Sequence record: MZ475891.1
Direction: 5' to 3' (one strand)
Length of the DNA: 64,000 nucleotides
Below the pieces are notes generated by a model that saw only the letters and a list, made by a program, of their open reading frames with translations, was not told the DNA's origin and searched no databases. Both the position numbers and the translations under genes were made by a program. Positions 25,787 to 34,505 of the stretch are shown one piece after another; the first letter of the stretch is position 1, and each line of letters opens with the position of its first letter.

Positions 25787-26767
25787 ATGCGTTTTGGTTT
25801 CGCCTGTAAACTGCTGGATGACAACGGTAAGCAACCGTACACGAACAAGAGCCTGAGCTATGCTCACTTCTCCAAGCTGTCTCAGACAGAGCAGCAAGAA
25901 AAGCTGGTGCTCGTCGTCACACACAATCTGACCTCGTTGCTTGAGATGATCAGACACGTTGGTCGTCTGCGTACCGACTTGCGTATGTTTCGAATCACAA
26001 GCGAACTACTTCCGCTGTTCACGCACCCGATGGTCACACGCATGTATCTCCAAACACACATGACCAAACTGACAGACACGATGTTGGCAACGTGTGGTGC
26101 AGCGGCTAGACGTCTCGGTGTGCGACTGTCATTCCACCCAGGTCAGTTTACCGTGCTTGCGTCTGACCGACCCGACGTTATGCTCAACTCGATTAACGAA
26201 ATGGAGTATCACGCCTACTGTGCGCAGGCTATGGGCTACGGTCGTAAGTTCCAAGATTTCAAAATCAACATTCACCTGAGCGGTCGTCGTGGTGCCGCAG
26301 GTTTCAGAGACGCCTACTCTCGTCTAAGCGATCATTGCCGCAAGATGATCACGGTAGAGAATGACGAGTACACTTCCTCGATCGAGGATTGTCTTGAGCT
26401 TGCCGACATTTGTCCTGTTGTTCTCGACATTCACCATCACTGGGTAATGACTAACGAATACATTCAGCCGACAGATGATCGTGTTCAACGTGTCATTGAC
26501 TCGTGGCGAGGCGTTCGTCCTGTTGCGCATTACTCTGTGTCACGCCCAGAGTTCATACCGTCTACGGGTCTGCCTGATCAGAACAAGCTAGAAGCAAAGT
26601 CTGCCTCGCTGCGTGCTCATTCCGACTACTACCACAACGACAGCGTAAACGAGTGGGCCCTCAGCTTCGAGCAATTCGACCTGATGTGCGAGTCTAAAGC
26701 GAAGAATCTAGCACGCACGAAACTAGCCCTTTTTAAGGGCAACTCTGCACAAATATGGTCAAAATAA
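25787..26767 (+). CDS. uvsE: UV-damage endonuclease UvsE/UVDE
   Basis: FGFACK, MFRITSELLP, RLSFHPGQFTVLAS, ITVENDE, LDIHHHW, RPVAHYS, LRAHSDY. Confidence 0.93.
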   Translation: MRFGFACKLLDDNGKQPYTNKSLSYAHFSKLSQTEQQEKLVLVVTHNLTSLLEMIRHVGRLRTDLRMFRITSELLPLFTHPMVTRMYLQTHMTKLTDTMLATCGAAARRLGVRLSFHPGQFTVLASDRPDVMLNSINEMEYHAYCAQAMGYGRKFQDFKINIHLSGRRGAAGFRDAYSRLSDHCRKMITVENDEYTSSIEDCLELADICPVVLDIHHHWVMTNEYIQPTDDRVQRVIDSWRGVRPVAHYSVSRPEFIPSTGLPDQNKLEAKSASLRAHSDYYHNDSVNEWALSFEQFDLMCESKAKNLARTKLALFKGNSAQIWSK

Positions 26768-26800
26768 GGCTTGTTTTAGAAGGTGCCCCTATGATACACT
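26756..26800 (+). promoter_or_regulatory. phage promoter, upstream-box class
   Basis: TGGTCAAAAT at 26756; CCTATGA-TACACT with the -10 at 26795 (39 nt offset). Confidence 0.7.
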
Positions 26801-26851
26801 GATTACGAGCACTGTATGCTCGTTTCTACTGATTCAAGAGGATAAGACAAT

Positions 26852-27148
26852 ATGTTCATTACAACTCTAAACGCAAACACTGCGAAACCTGCACCGAAAG
26901 CAATCAACCACATGAACCTCGACCTTGCACCTTCTGGTCGCATTTCTTGTGTCTGGCCGGGCGCACTCGATGTTCCTGCGAACATTAAACGTTTCTGCCG
27001 TGCTTGTGAAATCATTACCGACCTCGATCCATGTATGCGTCTTCGTTTCAAAGGTCGTCGCTCTGACGTTCTGGCGCTCATCACCAAGATCGCTCCTGAC
27101 AACCCTGACCTCGCAGCGCGAATTGCGGGCACTATCACTGAGGCTTAA
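26852..27148 (+). CDS. hypothetical protein (98 aa)
   Basis: GAGGA RBS after a promoter. Confidence 0.75.
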   Translation: MFITTLNANTAKPAPKAINHMNLDLAPSGRISCVWPGALDVPANIKRFCRACEIITDLDPCMRLRFKGRRSDVLALITKIAPDNPDLAARIAGTITEA

Positions 27149-27149
27149 A

Positions 27150-27413
27150 ATGAAAATCCCCTGTCTGAATGCTGTGTATGGTATTACGAACACCAATACT
27201 CCACTCGTGGATAAACGCGGCTTTCGTTGTGTTGAATCGAAATACGTTGACGGAACGGAGGTTAGATTACAACGACAAGCCCATGACATTCATGAACGTG
27301 TGGTAGTGGCCTATGACCAGTATGGTCGTGCAGTGTATGGAACACTGACTCCGCCCACATCGTTCGAAGTGCGTGACAGCAAGGAAAGCGACCAATATAA
27401 CAAGGCGCCCTAG
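27150..27413 (+). CDS. hypothetical protein (87 aa)
   Basis: GAGG RBS, 1 nt after the previous stop. Confidence 0.65.
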   Translation: MKIPCLNAVYGITNTNTPLVDKRGFRCVESKYVDGTEVRLQRQAHDIHERVVVAYDQYGRAVYGTLTPPTSFEVRDSKESDQYNKAP

Positions 27414-27491
27414 CAAGCTCACAACGAAGCCATAGAATGAATACTAAGAAGTCTAACAATTCATGCGCTGACCTAATCGTGGGGTGTCAAA

Positions 27492-27869
27492 ATGATCGTA
27501 GTATGTAACTCTTCAAAGGAATTTTCTGTTGAACGTTTGAAACACGGGGACGCATTTGTATTCGGCAAGACGCGAATGCTTCTGCGAGCGGACTATCTGA
27601 TACTAACAGATAAGCACAATGCTTTTTACGTGGTTCGCAAATCTGATGTTGTTTGGGCTCCCGAATTAACTGGCGCTACGCACATGATTAAGATCAGGGC
27701 GTATGCCCAGATTAAGCCGTTCGAACTCCATGCAGCATGTCCACAGTTCAATGGTCGTGTTTACGGAACAATCGCTTTCCGTAACCCACACTTTGAACAT
27801 AGAATGAATATACTTCGTTATAGTGAGACAATCTTTGGAGGTCAACATGGCACGGTATCATGTGTTTAG
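27492..27869 (+). CDS. hypothetical protein (125 aa)
   Basis: GGGG RBS. Confidence 0.6.
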   Translation: MIVVCNSSKEFSVERLKHGDAFVFGKTRMLLRADYLILTDKHNAFYVVRKSDVVWAPELTGATHMIKIRAYAQIKPFELHAACPQFNGRVYGTIAFRNPHFEHRMNILRYSETIFGGQHGTVSCV

Positions 27870-28095
27870 TGCAGAAAGCAAATACTACGGCGAAGCATAC
27901 GAGGGGACGCACTTAAAAGCGATTGACCTCGGGTACCCAGTTACCCACGCCGAGTTTAAAAATTTCGAGAGTGCTAAGGAATGCGCAGATAAGTTACATG
28001 AGGTTTGCGATATGGGCTGGATTGTATACAACGCTTTTTCAGAAGTATCTGTATACGACAGCCGCACTATTGAAGGTGAGTCTGTAAATAACTAA
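27847..28095 (+). CDS. hypothetical protein (82 aa)
   Basis: GGAGG RBS. Confidence 0.7.
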   Translation: MARYHVFSAESKYYGEAYEGTHLKAIDLGYPVTHAEFKNFESAKECADKLHEVCDMGWIVYNAFSEVSVYDSRTIEGESVNN

Positions 28096-28166
28096 CAGAC
28101 GACCTTGCATCTTCCGTGTGATGCTTACGGGCGTCACGCACATTCACTGTGATAATGAGGTTCAAA

Positions 28167-28682
28167 ATGAAATACGCTTCAATCGTTCTTGCTACTCTGC
28201 TTGCCACTTCTTTCGCTGCGTCTGCCGCTAACTACAAAGCACCAGCGCCTGTTAAGGGTATGCAGTCTAGCGGTATGCACATCGATGATCAACTGGACGA
28301 TAGCTGCCAGACCAAACTGTCTCAAGCCATCGACTTGCGCGACTCTGTTGTTGACTTCACTGTTAGTCGCAATCAGATTGATACTGTGGCCGCTTGGCCG
28401 CTTGTGTGTTCCCCAACAGTCGAAGCAAAGACTGTTAGTGTTGAGCGTATGGGTTCTGACCTGACGATCACTTACGTTAACAACGACGACACCCTGCACC
28501 CGCTGACTCTGACCTTGCAGCGTGTTGAATCTGAATCCGAAGATGACGCACCTGCGTATCAGATCGTCCAAGTAGGCGACATGAGCGCAATGGGTTATCA
28601 GGAGCAGGCTGACGTTAAAGACTGGCTGCTGGACTGTTACGCTGCTACGTTGCAGACTGGCATTCCACTGAGCATGAACTAA
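28167..28682 (+). CDS. exported/periplasmic protein with Sec signal peptide (171 aa)
   Basis: MKYASIVLATLLATSFAASA-A signal peptide; GAGG RBS. Confidence 0.75.
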   Translation: MKYASIVLATLLATSFAASAANYKAPAPVKGMQSSGMHIDDQLDDSCQTKLSQAIDLRDSVVDFTVSRNQIDTVAAWPLVCSPTVEAKTVSVERMGSDLTITYVNNDDTLHPLTLTLQRVESESEDDAPAYQIVQVGDMSAMGYQEQADVKDWLLDCYAATLQTGIPLSMN

Positions 28683-28960
28683 TGCAGCACCGTCGTAAAG
28701 TAAAGGCCGAGTCAAAGCAACGTTCAATACCCGAAGACTGGCCTGTATTCAAAGACATGTTGCTGACGTTGCGCATCGCTGTACTCACGGACGAGAAGCC
28801 TCACGCTAAACTGCGTGCGCTTGCTCTCCAATGGTATACAGATGGGAAGTATCGTAACCCTGTCTGTGATTCTGTTCTGCTTAGGTTGACCGCTGAGAAA
28901 CGACCTAAGCAAACTCTTGATCAATTGATCACTCTCTATAACTTTCTTGAGGAAGAATAA
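28682..28960 (+). CDS. hypothetical protein (92 aa)
   Basis: TAATG coupling. Confidence 0.7.
   Translation: MQHRRKVKAESKQRSIPEDWPVFKDMLLTLRIAVLTDEKPHAKLRALALQWYTDGKYRNPVCDSVLLRLTAEKRPKQTLDQLITLYNFLEEE
28944..28957 (+). promoter_or_regulatory. SD-in-tetraloop RBS hairpin
   Basis: TTCTT-GAGG-AAGAA before the ATG at 28963. Confidence 0.55.
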
Positions 28961-28962
28961 AA

Positions 28963-30183
28963 ATGGCTATCATTTCCGCAGAAGAACAAGCGCGTCTGGA
29001 TTCACTTGCTGCTATCGTAGCTAAGATGTGGGATCAAGGCGGCCCTGCTGTGCGTGATGCTCTGCGCTACGTTGCTAACCAAATGCTGAGCGACGAGCAT
29101 TCATTCCTGTACGAAGAAGTGCCTGGTGTAACGCCTGACATTGAATCAGTCTACCACCACCTGAGCGATCTTCCACTGACGGGTATGACCCGCATCGTGC
29201 GCAATCCTGACTTGATCAGCTCGCTTGAAGATCTGATGAACAAAAATGAGCGTGAGATCTTCGGCTCTGCCGTGCGTAACAGCGCATACACTATGTTCAA
29301 ACTTTTACCGCAGAATGAAACCTCGGTGTTCTGCCATCCAGGTAAAGGTGCTACCTCTCGCACCCAGCCTCGTCAAGTCGCTGAAAGACTGCATCGTGGT
29401 TTAAGCTACATGTTGTCCGTGCACGGTCTGGACGCGTATATCAAAAAGGCTGACAATCAAATTCGCTCTTACGGGCATACTCGCCTAGCCTCTCTGGTAA
29501 TCGCAGTCGCAGTCAAAGGCGAACGCAGTGTTGCTACTCGCATCGTACCTCTGTGGTGTATGGACAATCACACCACAGAGGTGGGCACGATTGAACTTGA
29601 TCAGGATATCCCGAACGATAAGCCTTCAACCTCAGTTGAGGTAGAAACTGATATCCAAGTTTGGCCGAAGTTTGAAGCAAAACAACTTAGAGATATCCTG
29701 CTCAAGCATGGGAATTATATCGAGTCTAAGCTGCGCGGCATGGACCGCGAAGAATTAGATGATACCTATGAAGCCTTCGTTGATGCATACCTTAACAATA
29801 CTCACGACGAGGGTGATGAAGACGAAGATGATGAGTGGGACGAAGAAGAGGATGAAGACGAAGAAGATGCCTTCTGTCCTGAAATCCCTTCGCGCCTAGC
29901 TCTACCTGTCGAACTGCCTATTGTTAATCTCGAACGTCCGAAGTTAGACATTCGCCCAGGCATGCGTTTGAAGACCAAAAAGCCTAGACAGTCTCATATT
30001 CAGAATATTCTGATTGATCCAGTTTGGCACGCAGTTGACCCACAAGACGAGAACAATATTCATTATTTCAGTGTGTCTATTGTTGCCCGTGATACTGTCG
30101 GTCATAAGGCTATTTCAGCTTCGCCGCTTGAAGCACTGACTATCTCCAACGTGCTGATGCAGATCGCTGAAACTAACACTTAA
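28963..30183 (+). CDS. hypothetical protein with acidic tract (406 aa)
   Basis: long ORF; DEGDEDEDDEWDEEEDEDEED. Confidence 0.8.
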   Translation: MAIISAEEQARLDSLAAIVAKMWDQGGPAVRDALRYVANQMLSDEHSFLYEEVPGVTPDIESVYHHLSDLPLTGMTRIVRNPDLISSLEDLMNKNEREIFGSAVRNSAYTMFKLLPQNETSVFCHPGKGATSRTQPRQVAERLHRGLSYMLSVHGLDAYIKKADNQIRSYGHTRLASLVIAVAVKGERSVATRIVPLWCMDNHTTEVGTIELDQDIPNDKPSTSVEVETDIQVWPKFEAKQLRDILLKHGNYIESKLRGMDREELDDTYEAFVDAYLNNTHDEGDEDEDDEWDEEEDEDEEDAFCPEIPSRLALPVELPIVNLERPKLDIRPGMRLKTKKPRQSHIQNILIDPVWHAVDPQDENNIHYFSVSIVARDTVGHKAISASPLEALTISNVLMQIAETNT

Positions 30184-30184
30184 C

Positions 30185-30228
30185 TGGACAAAACAGCGCT
30201 TCTTAACGAGGCGCTTTTCTGCTATAAT
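30185..30228 (+). promoter_or_regulatory. phage promoter, upstream-box class, overlapping a terminator-like hairpin
   Basis: TGGACAAAAC at 30185; TGC-TATAAT with the -10 at 30223 (38 nt offset); AGCGCTTC...GAGGCGCT+TTT in the spacer. Confidence 0.75.
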
Positions 30229-30294
30229 AGCAGCTAGAGCACAAGCTCTCACGTTTGCATTTACTATACGTTAAATACGGGAACCTCACATATT

Positions 30295-30597
30295 ATGGCA
30301 CGTAACATTTCACGCAAGAAAGCGCTCGACCTGATGGCAAAAACTTACAACGAAAAACATCCAGAGTATTTGCCGCGCCTCATGAAAGAGGACATGAATG
30401 CGAAAGACCTGTTCGAATTCCGTGAAGATGTTGTAGCTCAAATTCAGGCAGGTTTGAATCCTGCGAAAGTTGTTGATGATATGATCGACAACGCAATACG
30501 CGTCACCACGATGCGCCGCCGTATGAGCAATGATTATAATCCGAAAATCTCCGACGTTCTTACCGATGAACTGCGTGAGGAACTTCGTAAACTCTAA
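30295..30597 (+). CDS. hypothetical protein (100 aa)
   Basis: first ORF after a promoter. Confidence 0.75.
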   Translation: MARNISRKKALDLMAKTYNEKHPEYLPRLMKEDMNAKDLFEFREDVVAQIQAGLNPAKVVDDMIDNAIRVTTMRRRMSNDYNPKISDVLTDELREELRKL

Positions 30598-30606
30598 GGA
30601 ATAAAA

Positions 30607-31167
30607 ATGAAAAACTACGGTTACTTCTTTATCCTGAATCACATCGCACTCGCCGTAGATAGCGCCAGCAAGGAAGCTGGCTTTAAAGATTTGGTTGAGC
30701 TGGACATGTTCAACCGCGCTTCTGTTTTAGTTGTAGCTGACGCCGAGCCAAGGGGACGTCAGATTGCAAACGATTTGACCGCTGCACTTTATCCACGAGC
30801 GGCTGATTGTGTGCCAACAGTTGAGCAACGCATGATGTTAGTGCAAGCTCTGCATGATGCCGAAATCGAAAAGATTCTTGGCAACATCCGCTTCTTCGTA
30901 CCGCACGCTCACACGCGAGAAAATTTGATTTCGCGTTTCGGCTTTTACGTGGAGAACGATCAGCCTGCGCTGTTTATGCCGTACTACATGCGAAAGCATA
31001 TTCTTAGTGACACCGCTGTGTTCTGCGAGGGGCGTCTGACTTCATTCAGAGACGCTTGCTCTAACGGAACTGTCACTGAGAACATCCGCGACTACGGCCT
31101 ATTGACTGCGCAAGCGTACGGAAAAGACAACGTGCCTGAAATGTATCAGGACCTGCCTTTGTTTTAA
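30607..31167 (+). CDS. hypothetical protein (186 aa)
   Basis: AAGGA RBS. Confidence 0.75.
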   Translation: MKNYGYFFILNHIALAVDSASKEAGFKDLVELDMFNRASVLVVADAEPRGRQIANDLTAALYPRAADCVPTVEQRMMLVQALHDAEIEKILGNIRFFVPHAHTRENLISRFGFYVENDQPALFMPYYMRKHILSDTAVFCEGRLTSFRDACSNGTVTENIRDYGLLTAQAYGKDNVPEMYQDLPLF

Positions 31168-31178
31168 GGAGACACCTA

Positions 31179-31646
31179 ATGGGTGTAGTTAACGGTATCA
31201 GTTCAACTAAGTTCCCGCGTCGAGGGCGGGACGAAGGTCTGACAGTCATTCTTCGTCGTCGCTGGGGATTGTTCCCAGCTGTTATCGTTCGTCAAGATCA
31301 CGGCGAACCCAATAACACGATCTACCGCATTGAAGCTAAGGCCTTGCCTAAACGTTTCTTCGACGGTAGTCATGAACTCTATGTTGCTGAGTATTATCAA
31401 ACGAACTTTCCTAAAGACACTCCTATGTGTGCTGCCGGTGCAGTTGAAGGTCTGTTCGTTGAGATTGTATTCGACCATGACGTTCACAACAAATGCGAAG
31501 GCATCTGTGTGACCGATCGCGGTATGCAGAAAATCTTTTTGATCACGACAGGTCAACACGAAGGTCGTTACGTCACTGAGGCCGAGTGTGATTACAAAGT
31601 CAAACCTAAACTTGTAAAGGATAATAGAGATGACAGTAACATCTGA
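31179..31646 (+). CDS. hypothetical protein (155 aa)
   Basis: AAGGAG RBS. Confidence 0.75.
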   Translation: MGVVNGISSTKFPRRGRDEGLTVILRRRWGLFPAVIVRQDHGEPNNTIYRIEAKALPKRFFDGSHELYVAEYYQTNFPKDTPMCAAGAVEGLFVEIVFDHDVHNKCEGICVTDRGMQKIFLITTGQHEGRYVTEAECDYKVKPKLVKDNRDDSNI

Positions 31647-31935
31647 ACACTCAACAACATCTAGCTGCAAGCGTGCGACTACAGGTCTGGGTCGTTTGAC
31701 TAGCGGTGATCAGTTCTTCCTGTCGCTGGCAATCACTGGCTCTAAGACAGGCGAAGATGCGGGCTTCATTGATTCCGTTCGTGATCTGCACAAGCACATC
31801 GCTGCGTTTGCAGCAAAGCATGAGGTTACGCAAGTGACCGCGTTTCTTGGACATAACGTTATGTCCGACGCCGAGTACACGTTAGAGTTCAACGTGTCTC
31901 AAGTATTCACACTCAAAAAAGAAAGGACGTATTAA
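31630..31935 (+). CDS. hypothetical protein (101 aa)
   Basis: overlaps both neighbours, TAATG coupling to dut. Confidence 0.65.
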   Translation: MTVTSEHSTTSSCKRATTGLGRLTSGDQFFLSLAITGSKTGEDAGFIDSVRDLHKHIAAFAAKHEVTQVTAFLGHNVMSDAEYTLEFNVSQVFTLKKERTY

Positions 31936-32480
31936 TGGAATTTCAAATTAAGCCAGACTTGCAGACCTACCCAAATTTCATTCTGCCTAAGCGTGGCTCT
32001 GCTCAGGCGGCGGGCCTCGATCTGTTCGCGCAGGAAGATATGATCTTCACTGAAACTACTGAGCTGTTTAATCTTGGCTTCCGCGCTGCTGTACCTGAAG
32101 GCTACGTTGCCTTAATCGTACCGCGCTCTGGCTTGGGTGCTAAGTTCAACATGCAACTGTCAAACACGATGGGCGTTATTGATAGTGACTATCGTGGTGA
32201 TTGGATGGCAGCGTTCCATCTGGGCGGTAAAGGCACGCAAGCTGATACACTGCCGCCATACGGTCAGTATCAGAAAGAGTTCTATCATCACGGCAGTGAG
32301 CTGTGGGAAAAAGCGAATCAAAACGAAGCGCCTATGCTCCTAGTTCCTAAAGGTGATGCGTTTGCACAGGTGCTGTTCTTTGAAGTACCGTTGATGCAAG
32401 TGACTCTGGTCGACGAGCTGCCTGAAACAGAGCGTGGTGAAGGTGGCTTCGGTTCTACCACGAAGTCGCAAAGTGCCTGA
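31935..32480 (+). CDS. dut: trimeric dUTPase with an insertion between motifs III and IV
   Basis: AAGLDL, PRSGLG, GVIDSDYRG, AQVL, RGEGGFGST. Confidence 0.95.
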   Translation: MEFQIKPDLQTYPNFILPKRGSAQAAGLDLFAQEDMIFTETTELFNLGFRAAVPEGYVALIVPRSGLGAKFNMQLSNTMGVIDSDYRGDWMAAFHLGGKGTQADTLPPYGQYQKEFYHHGSELWEKANQNEAPMLLVPKGDAFAQVLFFEVPLMQVTLVDELPETERGEGGFGSTTKSQSA

Positions 32481-32688
32481 TTACCTTATCTTCATCTTGA
32501 TCGCCTACTACATTGTAGGCTTCATGCAGTTTATGCGTGAAGTGTTCAGTTCTAAACTGAGTGAGAGCGAACGCTTGGCTGTCATTAAAGAAGATGAGGA
32601 CACTCCAACGTCCGTAGTTTGGGCGCAGGCATTTAAGCTGATGTTATACGTTCTGTTCATTCACATACCGATGTGGATATTCAGATAA
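32473..32688 (+). CDS. small membrane protein
   Basis: GTG start overlapping the dut stop; hydrophobic segments. Confidence 0.55.
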   Translation: MPDYLIFILIAYYIVGFMQFMREVFSSKLSESERLAVIKEDEDTPTSVVWAQAFKLMLYVLFIHIPMWIFR

Positions 32689-32698
32689 CGTCAATCGT

Positions 32699-32722
32699 TA
32701 GGTCCTTGCGGGGACCTATTTT
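32699..32722 (+). terminator. putative terminator
   Basis: TAGGTCC-TTGCGG-GGACCTA followed by TTTT. Confidence 0.65.
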
Positions 32723-32739
32723 ATCGTAATATAAACACT

Positions 32740-33060
32740 ATGAGCAAAAAGAAACCGCAGTACATTCTGCCTCGTGAGCGTCCTACGCGCTTGCCAAATC
32801 TGCGTGCTTATCTGATGCATCTGGCACGCAACCCAAACAAACATCGTGCCGTCCTTGAGATGCATTGCAATGCAGCGCTGGCCCAGCTGCGTAAAGATCG
32901 TTTATTTCTTGGCAGACTGTTTGCTCATAAGGTGTATACGAAGTCGAGCAAGGTCGCATACACAATAGTATGGATTGACCCGTACAACTACGATTGCCTT
33001 GTTCTAAATCATATAAAAAGGAGAGTAGAGTTTAAAAACCTTTACGGCCTGATTCTTTGA
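32740..33060 (+). CDS. basic hypothetical protein (106 aa)
   Basis: ORF fills the gap; weak RBS. Confidence 0.6.
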   Translation: MSKKKPQYILPRERPTRLPNLRAYLMHLARNPNKHRAVLEMHCNAALAQLRKDRLFLGRLFAHKVYTKSSKVAYTIVWIDPYNYDCLVLNHIKRRVEFKNLYGLIL

Positions 33061-33093
33061 TTAGGTCCTAGCGCCTTCACACTAGGAGACACA

Positions 33094-33774
33094 ATGACTA
33101 TTCTTATTTCTAACCGCACCGACGAGGTGATTCGCCAACTCAACGTAGCTATCTGGTCAAGCGTTTTATTCGGACTCATTGTACTTGCATCAATTCTGGT
33201 GCAGCCGAATGCAACAGCCAGCGTCTCTACGGGCCCTGATAACGTTATCGATATGTCTTCAACAACTTCACTCGATCCCTCCAATCGTGTGGCAAGAGAA
33301 TACAAGGAGATTGCAAAGACGCTAGTTGTGCAAGACGAGCGAAGGCCCTCGCGTTCTGTTACGAGAGAGCGCCTCCGACAATTGTACTCGCATCTACCGC
33401 ACCCCAATGATTTAGGCAGGCAGATTGATTTGGCCGCTGCAAAGTATGCAGTGGACGCAAAGCTGATTCTTTCCATTTGCGTTTCCGAGTCGCATCTTCG
33501 TGCTAAAGTCAGAAACAAGTCTGGTGCAACAGGCATCTGCCAAGTAATGGCTAAGATGCATGGGCATTCAGCAAAAGACCTCCTCGATTATCGTATCAAT
33601 ATTGATGCGGCAACGAAGATAATTGCAGATCTTAATAAACAGTGTCGTGGTCGTACTGCTTGTGTTATTCAAGCGTACAACACAGGCTGGGGAGCATATT
33701 CGAAGGGTGCCCGTGCACCGCAATACTTGGCTAAAGTTAGATCAGAGATGCGCAAGCACCCATCATCATCCTAA
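33094..33774 (+). CDS. SLT-family lytic transglycosylase with N-terminal membrane anchor
   Basis: ILSICVSES (catalytic Glu), GATGICQVM, NIDAATKII, AYNTG; hydrophobic IWSSVLFGLIVLASILV. Confidence 0.88.
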   Translation: MTILISNRTDEVIRQLNVAIWSSVLFGLIVLASILVQPNATASVSTGPDNVIDMSSTTSLDPSNRVAREYKEIAKTLVVQDERRPSRSVTRERLRQLYSHLPHPNDLGRQIDLAAAKYAVDAKLILSICVSESHLRAKVRNKSGATGICQVMAKMHGHSAKDLLDYRINIDAATKIIADLNKQCRGRTACVIQAYNTGWGAYSKGARAPQYLAKVRSEMRKHPSSS

Positions 33775-33787
33775 AGAGGACATAATA

Positions 33788-34441
33788 ATGAGCACCGCCA
33801 ACATCGCAGACTTGTACAAAATGCAGTTCCAGATTCTCAAACCACTTTCGCCACGCCAAGAGTACGCACTGATTGTGCTACATGCTTCCGCGACCGAAGA
33901 TGACGTTCGTGGTCTGGCCGAAGTTGTTGTTCGTGATTACCCGCACGTTGCGCGTCTGTATGATGCGTTTGCTGCTGCGACTGAGTACGGTGATAACTCT
34001 GTACCGTTCATCATTCCAGTATCAAATAGTGAGCACGTCACCGAAGAGATTTACGCTATCGTTGATCACTCACTCGTCGTTGCGCCAAGTCTGCGCCAAC
34101 TTTTGGAGCAAGCCCTTGAGCGTGTTCAATACATGCCAGAGACTGCTGACGAAAGACGTTTCGTAATTGAACGCGAACCCCTGACTATGGGCTGGTTCAT
34201 TGATTGTGTCCTTGACGCGTACAACTGTGGTCAACTGCCTATGGCTGTTCGTCCATCGAAAGCGCAACAACAAATGCGTAACGAAAACCTGCTGTCGTTC
34301 AATCAGCTCCGTGATGCTGATATGTTCAGCGGCGAGATCGACTACACGCAAGCCTTACAGCCAAGTATGCAAGCGCGTCACATTGCAGCTAAGCTGATCG
34401 CACGTCTGCAAAACAGCAAGCGTGCCGTAACTGTTAACTAA
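33788..34441 (+). CDS. hypothetical protein (217 aa)
   Basis: GAGGA RBS. Confidence 0.75.
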   Translation: MSTANIADLYKMQFQILKPLSPRQEYALIVLHASATEDDVRGLAEVVVRDYPHVARLYDAFAAATEYGDNSVPFIIPVSNSEHVTEEIYAIVDHSLVVAPSLRQLLEQALERVQYMPETADERRFVIEREPLTMGWFIDCVLDAYNCGQLPMAVRPSKAQQQMRNENLLSFNQLRDADMFSGEIDYTQALQPSMQARHIAAKLIARLQNSKRAVTVN

Positions 34442-34446
34442 CAACT

Positions 34447-34474
34447 CGGGAGACCTTAACTGGTTTCCCGTTTT
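34447..34474 (+). terminator. intrinsic terminator
   Basis: CGGGAGACC-TTAACT-GGTTTCCCG followed by TTTT. Confidence 0.75.
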
Positions 34475-34505
34475 ACTTTCTCGCTGAATTTTTAAGGAAA
34501 TTCCA

